Shown here: piece after piece, positions 8,020 through 16,204 of the stretch
How positions within the stretch are numbered: the stretch's first letter is position 1
Layout: the number at the start of each line of letters is the position of its first letter
Origin: a virus
DNA length: 64,000 bases
Direction: 5' to 3' (one strand)
Virus record (IMG/VR): IMGVR_UViG_3300027782_000032
Span: 64,001-128,000 of that record
Made by a program: the position numbers and the translations under genes
Notes under the pieces: generated by a model
What the model saw: only the letters and a program-made list of their open reading frames with translations
The model's database searches: none
Told to the model about the DNA's origin: nothing

Positions 8020-10284
8020 ATGGTTACTGCTGGAGTTAAGAAGTCTTTAAGTTTAGAGTCTAGGAAAGTAAAGAAAAGGAACGGAAACGTAGTAGCGTTT
8101 GAAGCCACTAAGATTGCATCAGCCGTTGAGAGATGCTTTAAAAACGGACTACAAAGCACAGATGAAGAAGCTCAAGTTGCAGGAGTTAAAGTCTCTAAAG
8201 CCGTTGCTAACATCCTAAACAAGAAGGTTGACGAAGAACCTATAGAAGTTGAAGCACTTCAACATACGGTAATTCAACAGCTATGGGCTTTAGGGTACTT
8301 TGAAGGCGCTGAACACTACACCATATTTAAAGAAAAAAGAAAGCAAGAAAGAGTAAACCATCCAGTAGACCCAGAGCTGAGGCGTCTGGTGGATGAAGAT
8401 AACAACTACTTTCCATCTGCGCTTCAGTACTACCAGTTCATCAGCAAGTTCTCAAAGTGGAACGAAGAACTTGGAAGAAGAGAAACTTGGGGAGAATGCG
8501 TAAACCGAGTAATGAGTTTCTTTGCAAAGCAGGACTTTGCTGAAAAGGTTACCAAGCAAGAGTTCAAAGAACTTAAAGAGTATCTGCAGCGAATGGACGC
8601 CACTCCAGCAATGCGAGTTATTCAGATGGCTGGAAAGGCATTAGATAGGTGCCACGTTGGAGTATACAACTGTAGCTACATGCCAATCACTGACATCAGA
8701 TCGTTCAGTGAGTTACTTTATATTCTCATGCAAGGTACTGGCGCTGGCTTCTCAGTAGAGCGTCGGTATGTTGAGCAGCTGCCTGCTGTAAAAAGACAGA
8801 CTGGCAAGCCACCAGCAAAGATGGGAATCATCGATACAACCGAAGGATGGTGCGATGCCCTCTACGCAGGTATGGAAGCTTGGTTCAATGGTAAAGACAT
8901 TGAGTTTGACTTCAGCAAGATCAGACCAGCTGGAGCAAGACTCAGCATTAAAGGAGGTAGGGCTAGCGGTCCTGATCCTCTCAAAACACTGCTACAGTTT
9001 GCAAGGACGCTTATTCTATCTAGGCAGGGTCGGTCACTTAGCGATGTAGACTGTCATGACCTAGCCTGCATGACTGGAAAGATCGTGCAAGTAGGTGGAG
9101 TTAGAAGAGCTAGTGAGATCTCGCTTAGCGACCTTGACTCTAAAGACATGAGACTGGCTAAGAGCGGAAACTGGTGGGAGAGCAGTATACATCGAACTAT
9201 GGCTAATAACTCAGCCGTATACGATAGCAAGCCTACCTCTATAGAGTTTATGGAAGAGTGGCTATCTTTAGCTAAGAGCGGGTCAGGAGAGCGTGGCATC
9301 TTCAACAGGGATGGCGTGCTTAGGACTCTACCTGAAAGAAGGCAGCCAAGAGACTTCGGCACTAACCCTTGTGCTGAAATTATTCTTAGACCTTATCAGT
9401 TTTGTAACTTGTCTATCGTGGTCGCTAGACACGATGACACTGCTGAGACTCTTAAAAAGAAAGTACGCATAGCTACTATCTTTGGAACTATGCAAGCCTG
9501 CCTGACAGACTTCAAGTACATTCGAAGAGAGTGGAAAGATAACTGCCAAGAAGAAAGGCTACTAGGAGTAGACATCACTGGACAGATGGACTGCCCACTG
9601 CTAAGACCTGGCTCTGAAGGCAGAGATGATCTCCTTAAAAAGCTAAGGTCTGTGGTAGCTAAAACTAATACAGAGTTTGCTGAAAGGTTTGGAATTGGCC
9701 GAGCAGCTGCAGACACTTGTGTTAAGCCATCTGGAGACAGTGCAGTTTTATTTGGATGCTCTTCTGGCATTCATGCTAGGTTCTCTGAGTATTACATCAG
9801 ACGAGTTAGAGAAAGAGCTGATAGCCCTGTAGCTAACATGCTAAGAGACGCTGGAGTTCCTTGGATTCAAGCACCTGAAGATCAGTCGCTTGTATGCTTT
9901 GAGTTTCCATGTGCATCGCCAGAAGGAGCTATTACAAAGGATCAACAAACAGCACTAGAGCAGCTAGACAACTGGATGACTTGGAAGCTTAACTGGGCTG
10001 AGCACTCGGTATCAGCTACTGTGTATCTTGAGCCTAACGAGTGGCTAGATGCAGGACATTGGGTGTATCGTAACTTTGATGCTATCTCTGGCATTAGCTT
10101 CTTACCTAAGAACAATGGCACCTACACAGGAACGCCATACGAAGAGATAGATAAGAATGAGTACACAAGCAGGGTAAACACTTTTCCAAAGATCGACTGG
10201 GCTAAGCTCTCTAGGTACGAGAAGACTGACCATACAGAGTCGTCTCAAACCTACGCTTGCACCGGCGGCGCATGTGAACTGTAA
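8020..10284 (+). CDS. nrdJ: Class II (adenosylcobalamin-dependent) ribonucleotide reductase with N-terminal ATP cone
   Basis: ATP cone (VKKRNGNVVAFEATKI), YNCSY, GTGAGFS, GGVRRASEI, TNPCAEI, FCNLS, KPSG, C-terminal CTGGAC; GGAGG RBS; no nrdB partner nearby. Confidence 0.92.
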   Translation: MVTAGVKKSLSLESRKVKKRNGNVVAFEATKIASAVERCFKNGLQSTDEEAQVAGVKVSKAVANILNKKVDEEPIEVEALQHTVIQQLWALGYFEGAEHYTIFKEKRKQERVNHPVDPELRRLVDEDNNYFPSALQYYQFISKFSKWNEELGRRETWGECVNRVMSFFAKQDFAEKVTKQEFKELKEYLQRMDATPAMRVIQMAGKALDRCHVGVYNCSYMPITDIRSFSELLYILMQGTGAGFSVERRYVEQLPAVKRQTGKPPAKMGIIDTTEGWCDALYAGMEAWFNGKDIEFDFSKIRPAGARLSIKGGRASGPDPLKTLLQFARTLILSRQGRSLSDVDCHDLACMTGKIVQVGGVRRASEISLSDLDSKDMRLAKSGNWWESSIHRTMANNSAVYDSKPTSIEFMEEWLSLAKSGSGERGIFNRDGVLRTLPERRQPRDFGTNPCAEIILRPYQFCNLSIVVARHDDTAETLKKKVRIATIFGTMQACLTDFKYIRREWKDNCQEERLLGVDITGQMDCPLLRPGSEGRDDLLKKLRSVVAKTNTEFAERFGIGRAAADTCVKPSGDSAVLFGCSSGIHARFSEYYIRRVRERADSPVANMLRDAGVPWIQAPEDQSLVCFEFPCASPEGAITKDQQTALEQLDNWMTWKLNWAEHSVSATVYLEPNEWLDAGHWVYRNFDAISGISFLPKNNGTYTGTPYEEIDKNEYTSRVNTFPKIDWAKLSRYEKTDHTESSQTYACTGGACEL

Positions 10285-10288
10285 TGTC

Positions 10289-10337
10289 TGATAGCTAAAA
10301 AAAACACCTCCATGTTCCTAAGAACTGGAGGTGTTTT
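10289..10337. terminator. Bidirectional intrinsic terminator T1 with conserved AGCTATCA tail (minus sense)
   Basis: AAAACACCTCC...GGAGGTGTTTT stem with T-tracts on both sides, between convergent nrdJ and a small ORF. Confidence 0.85.
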
Positions 10338-10339
10338 GT

Positions 10340-10453
10340 TTATTTCACTAGCATTACCCAGGTCTGAGTTATCATAAGCACAGCTAGAAACGCTATAAGC
10401 GAAAATGGTAGAAACAAAAACACAATCTCATCTACCGTATAATTCTTCATCAT
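10340..10453 (-). CDS. 37-aa single-pass membrane peptide (MMKNYTVDEIVFLFLPFSLIAFLAVLMITQTWVMLVK)
   Basis: Below the ORF-track cutoff; GGAG RBS; sole ORF between promoter P1 and terminator T1. Confidence 0.65.
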   Translation of the reverse strand: MMKNYTVDEIVFLFLPFSLIAFLAVLMITQTWVMLVK

Positions 10454-10519
10454 AATCTCCAAGTTAGATATAAAATTAAGAACTCTTACTGAGCTCCTGA
10501 ACACTATTGTATTCAATTC

Positions 10520-10547
10520 ATTATGACACGTTTATGGCCTGAATTAA
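10520..10547 (-). promoter_or_regulatory. Cassette promoter P1 (TTAATTCA-N12-GTCATAAT)
   Basis: One of nine 28-bp copies upstream of small genes; promoter role inferred from -35/-10-like boxes and position. Confidence 0.75.
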
Positions 10548-10556
10548 GGGGGTGTC

Positions 10557-10605
10557 TAATAGCTAAAAAAAGCACCTTCAAACCCCTAAGGGCTGAAGGT
10601 GCTTT
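10557..10605 (-). terminator. Intrinsic terminator T2 with AGCTATTA tail
   Basis: AAAGCACCTTCA...TGAAGGTGCTTT stem plus T-tract after the 164-aa gene. Confidence 0.85.
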
Positions 10606-10613
10606 GGTTAGAT

Positions 10614-11108
10614 CTAGTTTGCAAAAACTTTTCCAGCTTTTGCGTACTTGATTGTAGCTGAGGCGTTTATAGCCTTAAGCGACAGCTGTAGATCCGGTGG
10701 CATCACCGCCAGCTTAGCCCACTGTGGGCTAGTGGATGAGAATGCCTTAGCTGCATCTTTACCAAAGTGGTAAAGTACAGTCTCATCAAAACTATCATTA
10801 GCTAGCTCTGCGGCTAACTCATCCGACGGAAGACGATGAGTCTTGTCGAAAAAGCTAGCCTTAAAACTATCGATGTACGCCACTACATACGCCTTCTTCA
10901 CGGCATCGTAAGCCGACTCCTGCGGAGCCACTTCAATCGCCACCTCAGGCTCTACTGCAGGAGTAGCCTCAGGCTCCTCAAGCAACCTTAAAGCCATTTC
11001 TGAAGCAGCTGCCGATGCCTTCCTATCTGTGTATACCTTACCAAAAACTAGAATTGAGCATACAGAGACCACAGAAATCACAGCCCAAAAAACCTTATTA
11101 GTATTCAT
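10614..11108 (-). CDS. Hypothetical membrane-anchored protein (cassette gene)
   Basis: 164 aa, N-terminal hydrophobic helix, AAAGGAG RBS. Confidence 0.75.
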   Translation of the reverse strand: MNTNKVFWAVISVVSVCSILVFGKVYTDRKASAAASEMALRLLEEPEATPAVEPEVAIEVAPQESAYDAVKKAYVVAYIDSFKASFFDKTHRLPSDELAAELANDSFDETVLYHFGKDAAKAFSSTSPQWAKLAVMPPDLQLSLKAINASATIKYAKAGKVFAN

Positions 11109-11204
11109 GGTTATTTCTCCTTTAATGAGATGGCCACCACAGCCAGTTAATTACAACAGTGCAAGAACTCTTACTGAGCTCCTGAACACTATTGTATTCA
11201 ACTC
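11109..11204 (-). ncRNA. Putative structured 5' leader RNA, copy A (near-identical copy at 45245-45337, partial copy at 10478-10519)
   Basis: About 19-bp interrupted stem (11152-11196) plus a small GGCU/GGCC hairpin before the RBS; most differences between copies keep pairing. Confidence 0.55.
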
Positions 11205-11232
11205 ATTATGACGCAGTTTTGGCCTGAATTAA
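11205..11232 (-). promoter_or_regulatory. Cassette promoter P2
   Basis: TTAATTCAGGCCAAAACTGCGTCATAAT. Confidence 0.75.
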
Positions 11233-11238
11233 GCCCTG

Positions 11239-12012
11239 CTAGTCTATAGGCTTATTTAGATAGGTATCGCATATAAACCCTATGGAGTAACCCTTGTTAA
11301 GTTTGGTAACTACGGTTGTACGGCTTATTCCAAGGTACTTAGCCCAATCCGTCACAGTCATGTCCTTGCCGTTGTACTCATAGGTCTTATGAGTACGTAC
11401 CATATAAGATACTGGGTTTAGGGCTATCTCATCTCCGCTGTATCCTTGATTGTAAAGAAACACGGCTCTGTCATAGTTTAAACCTAGTAGCTTTACCAGA
11501 GCACCAAGCTTCATCGGCTTTCCTAAATATACTAAATCTCTAGACTTGTGCTCTAAAAGCTCTGGGTTTAGGGCGTCCTCTAAGGAAAACCCTCTGGCAA
11601 GCCTAGTAGCTGCTGTGTCGTAGTTTATATTCAAGTCCTTGCAAACCACAGACAATGGAAGCTGCACGCCGTTGTGTTCAACCATATGATTGCTGGTCTT
11701 GTTAAGAGCTTGAAGTGGAATCTTTATCCACTCCATGTTGCCGCATACATACCCTTCGTTATTGTCTATTCTTTCTATGCTGTATTCAGTCTTGGGCTCT
11801 GGGCACACTCCAACCTCGTTAAGAAAGTTTAGAAAGCTATACCTATACAAGTCTCCTACTCCAATACCCCTGCCTCCGTAGTTAGCATACCTATGGTGGT
11901 TAGGATTGTAGCACTTGGCGTTTATTCTCTGCCATGTCCTATACTCCTTTACATACTTAGCTCCCTTGGTGCTAGAGCCTCTTACGTCTCTAGCTGTGAA
12001 TGTGCCCTTCAT
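11239..12012 (-). CDS. Free-standing HNH-family (homing-type) endonuclease with three C-terminal HTH-like repeats
   Basis: CYNPNHHRYANYGGRGI...SIERIDNNEGYVCGNMEW; three G...L/I....RL/KL..GxS repeats. Start moved to ATG 12012 because of AGGAGG at 12021-12026. Confidence 0.82.
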   Translation of the reverse strand: MKGTFTARDVRGSSTKGAKYVKEYRTWQRINAKCYNPNHHRYANYGGRGIGVGDLYRYSFLNFLNEVGVCPEPKTEYSIERIDNNEGYVCGNMEWIKIPLQALNKTSNHMVEHNGVQLPLSVVCKDLNINYDTAATRLARGFSLEDALNPELLEHKSRDLVYLGKPMKLGALVKLLGLNYDRAVFLYNQGYSGDEIALNPVSYMVRTHKTYEYNGKDMTVTDWAKYLGISRTTVVTKLNKGYSIGFICDTYLNKPID

Positions 12013-12025
12013 AAGAGTATCCTCC

Positions 12026-12064
12026 TGATAGCTAAAAAAAGGCCAGAGCATAATGCTCCGGCCT
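12026..12064 (-). terminator. Intrinsic terminator T3 with AGCTATCA tail
   Basis: AGGCCGGAGCA-TTA-TGCTCTGGCCT-TTTTTT-AGCTATCA. Confidence 0.85.
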
Positions 12065-12068
12065 AGGT

Positions 12069-12233
12069 TTACCAGCTCCTTCGAACTGTCACAGATAAGT
12101 GTACCTTATCTATGATCTTGTCGTCCCACGGGCATGCCGTGGTACTGTAGGTACTCTCAACCGAATGAGAAACCTTAGGCGCACATCTGCATCCAGCAGC
12201 TGACAACACCAATACCAAAATTAAAATCCTCAT
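12069..12233 (-). CDS. 54-aa putative lipoprotein (MRILILVLVLSAAGC...)
   Basis: Below the ORF-track cutoff; AAGGAG RBS; basic-hydrophobic-lipobox signal; sole ORF between P3 and T3. Confidence 0.7.
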   Translation of the reverse strand: MRILILVLVLSAAGCRCAPKVSHSVESTYSTTACPWDDKIIDKVHLSVTVRRSW

Positions 12234-12268
12234 CGTAGCACTCCTTTGTTAGATGTAGAATCCATGTA

Positions 12269-12296
12269 ATTATGACGCAAAGACGCTATGGATTAA
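12269..12296 (-). promoter_or_regulatory. Cassette promoter P3
   Basis: TTAATCCATAGCGTCTTTGCGTCATAAT. Confidence 0.72.
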
Positions 12297-12303
12297 GGGT
12301 CGT

Positions 12304-12894
12304 CTACTTCTTTACAAAAGCCCACGAACTGTCTTTAAAGTACCTTATGTTTTCTTTTTTAAATATTTCGTCTACTGCTCTGCCTACGTCAGGCATGCAA
12401 TAGTCATGGCCTGCTATTAAGCCTCCAACCTTTACTTTGTCAGACCAAGCTTGTATGTCAGCTTTAACACTGTCATATGAGTGGTCTGCATCAATGTAGA
12501 CCATATCAATAGTTTCTTTACCAAACTCTTTTGCTAAAACCTCAGACTTAACTTTATGTTCAATTATGTTGTGGTTTCTAGACTTTGTATCTAAAAATTC
12601 TTTGTATATTACAGGAGCCATACTAGGGCTAATATACTCCTCCCAAATGTCACAACATACAACAACCCCAGCGTACTGAGCCATTAGCTCTGCAGAAGCT
12701 CCAGCGTAGCTTCCTACCTCTACAATCTTCCATCCTCTAGTTACTCTATAGTAATCAAGTAAATCTTTTAATCCAAACAGCCTGTTTATTGAAGGCATCT
12801 CTTCGTTAAAATAGTGATCGCTAGGTAAGTTAATAATCCTATACCTGTGTACTACTTTGTCAGCTAAGTTTTTAGTGTCATTATGATACGGCAT
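12304..12894 (-). CDS. Class I SAM-dependent methyltransferase (Methyltransf_24-like)
   Basis: VEVGSYAGAS; DMVYIDADHSYDSVKADI; GGLIAGHDY. Confidence 0.85.
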   Translation of the reverse strand: MPYHNDTKNLADKVVHRYRIINLPSDHYFNEEMPSINRLFGLKDLLDYYRVTRGWKIVEVGSYAGASAELMAQYAGVVVCCDIWEEYISPSMAPVIYKEFLDTKSRNHNIIEHKVKSEVLAKEFGKETIDMVYIDADHSYDSVKADIQAWSDKVKVGGLIAGHDYCMPDVGRAVDEIFKKENIRYFKDSSWAFVKK

Positions 12895-12923
12895 TACTTG
12901 AGTCTCCTTATAGTCTGTTGTTA

Positions 12924-13487
12924 CTACCTAAAAGGCGGACCTTCGTACCAAGTAACCAAGCTGTATCTAGTGCCTTTAGTAACTGGAGTAACCCTATGTT
13001 TTAGAAATGAAGGAAACACTAAAGTGTTACCCCTAGCGCGCATGTGCTCTGGCTTAGGAGGTTGAGAAGTGTTTAGTTGAAACTCAAAGTCTCCACCTTC
13101 ATAGTCTGCTGGGTCTGACAACTGTAGCACAAATGACAGCTTTCTTTGAGTGTTTTGACCGTTCCTAGGTAGCCACACTATGTCTTCGTGCCATCCATAG
13201 TGTCCTTTGTTTTCAGCTTGGTACTCTGTAAACTGAACCTCATAGAAAAAGTTGAGGTCAAATCCAAAAGAAGTATTGGCTCTTTTGCATACGTTGTCTA
13301 TGTCTGTGTAAAGCCACTGCCAGTCTGCAGCGTTCCTGTCTAGCCATCTTACTTTAGACGTTCTAAGGTCAGGCACTTGGCCGTACGTAGTAGCCTCTAC
13401 TGGAGTAATAGTAAGCGCTTGAGTGATTATGTTGTTACACTTTTCTGGTGAAGCATAGTTGTGCCACAGCTGCCACATAGATTGCAT
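12924..13487 (-). CDS. 2OG-Fe(II) oxygenase (prolyl-hydroxylase-like)
   Basis: WHED (HxD), RKLSFVLQLSDPADYEGGDF, FPSFLKHRVTPVTKGTRYSLVTW. Confidence 0.9.
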   Translation of the reverse strand: MQSMWQLWHNYASPEKCNNIITQALTITPVEATTYGQVPDLRTSKVRWLDRNAADWQWLYTDIDNVCKRANTSFGFDLNFFYEVQFTEYQAENKGHYGWHEDIVWLPRNGQNTQRKLSFVLQLSDPADYEGGDFEFQLNTSQPPKPEHMRARGNTLVFPSFLKHRVTPVTKGTRYSLVTWYEGPPFR

Positions 13488-13629
13488 CGTATCTCCTTTT
13501 CGTTAGACCCCGCTATTTAAGCTTAACGGTAGTCCTAAGTCAATAACAAGGGTGATACTACTAGCCAATAAAATACACTATTGTTATTATGCCTACTTGC
13601 TTAGTAACTACAAACTAGTGGATTGTTTT

Positions 13630-14304
13630 ATGGAATATAACGAATACTTTATCAAACGAATTAATAGGTATCAGTACGCTATTAATACGTATCCTAACAC
13701 AATGAATGATGAGCGAGGTGAAGCCTTAAGTAAGCTAGACTTGTTCGAGGGATGTAAATCTTTAGATCTAGGCAACAGCGGCCTAATGAACTTTACCAGC
13801 ATAGACTTTGAATTTAAGAAGCTTCCATTTGAAGACAAGTCATTTGACAGAGTTGTGATCATGGCAGTGCTGCATCATATATCAGTAGAGAATCGTGAGA
13901 TCCTGTACAAAGAGTGTATGCGTATCCTTAAGCAAGGTGGAAAGCTTGTGGTATCTGATGTTATTAAAGATTCGAAACAAGCCTACTGGCTTAATAACAT
14001 AGTAGACAAGTACAACAGCATAGGTCACAAAGGATTATTCTTTGATAAGTCAGATGAAGAGCTATTTAGGAAAACCGGATTTGATGTAAGAAGTGAAGTT
14101 GCTTCTTACTTCTGGTACTTCAAAAATAAGTCTGAACTAGAAGACTTTATAACTAACCTGTTTGGAATGGATCTAGCTGATAGCGTGTACGACATAGTTA
14201 ATGAGCACCTTGGGCTGAGCCCACACGGAGAAGAAGGGTTTAAATTTGAATGGAAGCTCATCTACTTTATAGCCACTTGTCCCCTAACTCTTTTTCAAGA
14301 TTAA
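13630..14304 (+). CDS. Class I SAM-dependent methyltransferase (Methyltransf_11-like)
   Basis: LPFEDKSFDRVVIMAVLHHI...CMRILKQGGKLVVSD. Start uncertain (ORF track gives 13552). Confidence 0.8.
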   Translation: MEYNEYFIKRINRYQYAINTYPNTMNDERGEALSKLDLFEGCKSLDLGNSGLMNFTSIDFEFKKLPFEDKSFDRVVIMAVLHHISVENREILYKECMRILKQGGKLVVSDVIKDSKQAYWLNNIVDKYNSIGHKGLFFDKSDEELFRKTGFDVRSEVASYFWYFKNKSELEDFITNLFGMDLADSVYDIVNEHLGLSPHGEEGFKFEWKLIYFIATCPLTLFQD

Positions 14305-15028
14305 CATTTCCTGTAAATGAAATATAGCCACCAGATGGAGTAAAGGTGTACTCGCTAAAGTAGATCTTGTCAGGCGATAGGTAAAAATCAATACGGACAA
14401 ACTCAAAAGGAGCTGATAGCTTTGCTGCAAACTCAAGCATCTTGTCCAAATCAGGCGGCTTCTGAATAAAGATAGATAGTCTATACTTTGGTAAGTTAGG
14501 CGATTCAACCCACTTTAAGCTATAGTTATTTTGCTTATTTCCTAGCTTAACTCCTATGCTAATAGGCTCTCCGTTTACACATCTAATCATATATACTATG
14601 GCGTCGCCTGTCTTATCAAGCAGGCGGTCTTGAATCTTATCTTCTATAAAGAATCTAGGCTCTATGAATGAGTAGTGCTTCTCAATAGAGTATGACTTGT
14701 ACTTCTGATTCCAGTGTGTAAGTTTTTTATTTATTATTCTTAAAATAGACATGCGACTAAAGTCGTTATTCCACTTTGAACCATGAGTTGACTTCAAAAT
14801 ATGATTTGGATTTATATCTTCCTGCTTAAGATCTTTGTAATCAGAAAGCACTCGTACTACCCGTGGTATCTCAAGCTCTGGGCATTGAGCCTTCGCTAGC
14901 TCCTTTGCAACAAGCTTGTCTGCGTACTTTGCATGCTCAGAAGTAAGCTGCTCTCCATATAGCTTTATCTTTTCATAAAATAATAGTGAAGACCAGTTGT
15001 CTGGCTTTATCATTCTATCGATGCTCAT
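14267..15028 (-). CDS. TupA-like ATP-grasp protein
   Basis: ILKSTHGS, IEPRFFIED, FVRIDFY...IYFSEYTFTPSGG. Start ATG 15028 chosen because it abuts the upstream stop. Confidence 0.8.
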   Translation of the reverse strand: MSIDRMIKPDNWSSLLFYEKIKLYGEQLTSEHAKYADKLVAKELAKAQCPELEIPRVVRVLSDYKDLKQEDINPNHILKSTHGSKWNNDFSRMSILRIINKKLTHWNQKYKSYSIEKHYSFIEPRFFIEDKIQDRLLDKTGDAIVYMIRCVNGEPISIGVKLGNKQNNYSLKWVESPNLPKYRLSIFIQKPPDLDKMLEFAAKLSAPFEFVRIDFYLSPDKIYFSEYTFTPSGGYISFTGNVNLEKELGDKWL

Positions 15029-15030
15029 AG

Positions 15031-15486
15031 TTAAGCGCCCTTCCACCACTCTGCAATATTTATAACTGAATGGTTTTGAAGTTCAGTGGATACGCGATAG
15101 CTGTCGTAATCAAAGTGCTGTGTAGAAGTCTCAAATATAACAGAGTCCTCTAACGCAAAAAACTGATGAATATGCCCAGGCATGACGTGCCAAGCCTGGC
15201 CTGGGTGTAACAACTTAGAAAGTACAGGCACGTCAGAAGTAGAGCTTTCAGAAGCTAAAGTAGTAGCCTCAGGTCGATCAGAGTAAAGCATCAACACCTT
15301 ACCAGAAACTACGGTAAGGGTTTCTTCTTTAATCTTGTGATAGTGAAAGCTGCAGTACTTAGAGGCACTCACTCTAAGTATTTTTCCACAGTAGGCTTCG
15401 TTGTTTACAATCCAGACCTCGCTTCCCCAGCTCTTGGGAACATAGGTCATGTGTTCAACTAGGCCGCTGAGTCTATTCTCTTTCAT
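15031..15486 (-). CDS. Cupin (sugar isomerase-like)
   Basis: KSWGSEVWIVNNEAYCGK, SFHYHKIKEET, GHIHQF. Confidence 0.8.
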   Translation of the reverse strand: MKENRLSGLVEHMTYVPKSWGSEVWIVNNEAYCGKILRVSASKYCSFHYHKIKEETLTVVSGKVLMLYSDRPEATTLASESSTSDVPVLSKLLHPGQAWHVMPGHIHQFFALEDSVIFETSTQHFDYDSYRVSTELQNHSVINIAEWWKGA

Positions 15487-16133
15487 CTCTTAGCCTCTGC
15501 TTTTCTAATAGCCGTCATAATTGATTGAAGAGAAGGATGACGCACAATCATGCTCTCATCAAAACCTACATAACCTACACAGTCTAGATTTTCAAGAGCA
15601 TAAGCGAACTCAGCAAAGCAGTTCCTTATTCTAAGATCGCTCTGCTCAGGATCACCACAAATGATTAGCTTGCCGTTCTTACCTAGCCTAGAAGTGAATA
15701 GCTTGAGCTGCTCCCACGTGCAGTTCTGAGCTTCATCGAGAATGGCAACGCAGTCATCAAAAGTTCTTCCTCTCATAACTGCTAAAGGAATAATCTCCAT
15801 AGACTTCATAACTTCTTTAGGATTGATAGTGGTGATTCTACGTAATACGTCCTCAATAGGAGCAACCCAAGGAGCTAGCTTGTCATTTATGTCGCCAGGC
15901 AAGAATCCCATCTTCTCACCGCACTCAACCATAGGTCTTGAAAGTATCATACGGCGGACCTTACCGCCTAAAAAAGAAGTTAAGGCCATCTTTACTGCTT
16001 GGTGTGTCTTACCTGTCCCTGCAGGCCCTGTTAGGAACAGAATATCTTTTTTTGGAAAAAGCTTTTCTGCTAATTTTTGTGCCTCGTTAATGGGTAAAAG
16101 TACGGGGTTGAGATCCTTAGGCAACTTGGCCAT
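15483..16133 (-). CDS. phoH: PhoH-like ATPase
   Basis: GPAGTGKT, RPMVECGEKMGFLPGD, RGRTF, DEAQN, GDPEQSD. Confidence 0.93.
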   Translation of the reverse strand: MAKLPKDLNPVLLPINEAQKLAEKLFPKKDILFLTGPAGTGKTHQAVKMALTSFLGGKVRRMILSRPMVECGEKMGFLPGDINDKLAPWVAPIEDVLRRITTINPKEVMKSMEIIPLAVMRGRTFDDCVAILDEAQNCTWEQLKLFTSRLGKNGKLIICGDPEQSDLRIRNCFAEFAYALENLDCVGYVGFDESMIVRHPSLQSIMTAIRKAEAKR

Positions 16134-16187
16134 TGTTACTCCGACCGGGTATTAACCCGGTTATGGGTTACACCGAACTACCAACAT

Positions 16188-16201
16188 TGGAGACGTCTCC
16201 A
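16188..16201. repeat. Iterated palindrome copy 2 (intergenic, just after the stop of a KLKKNR-tail gene)
   Basis: Read directly from the sequence. Confidence 0.95.
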
Positions 16202-16204
16202 CTA

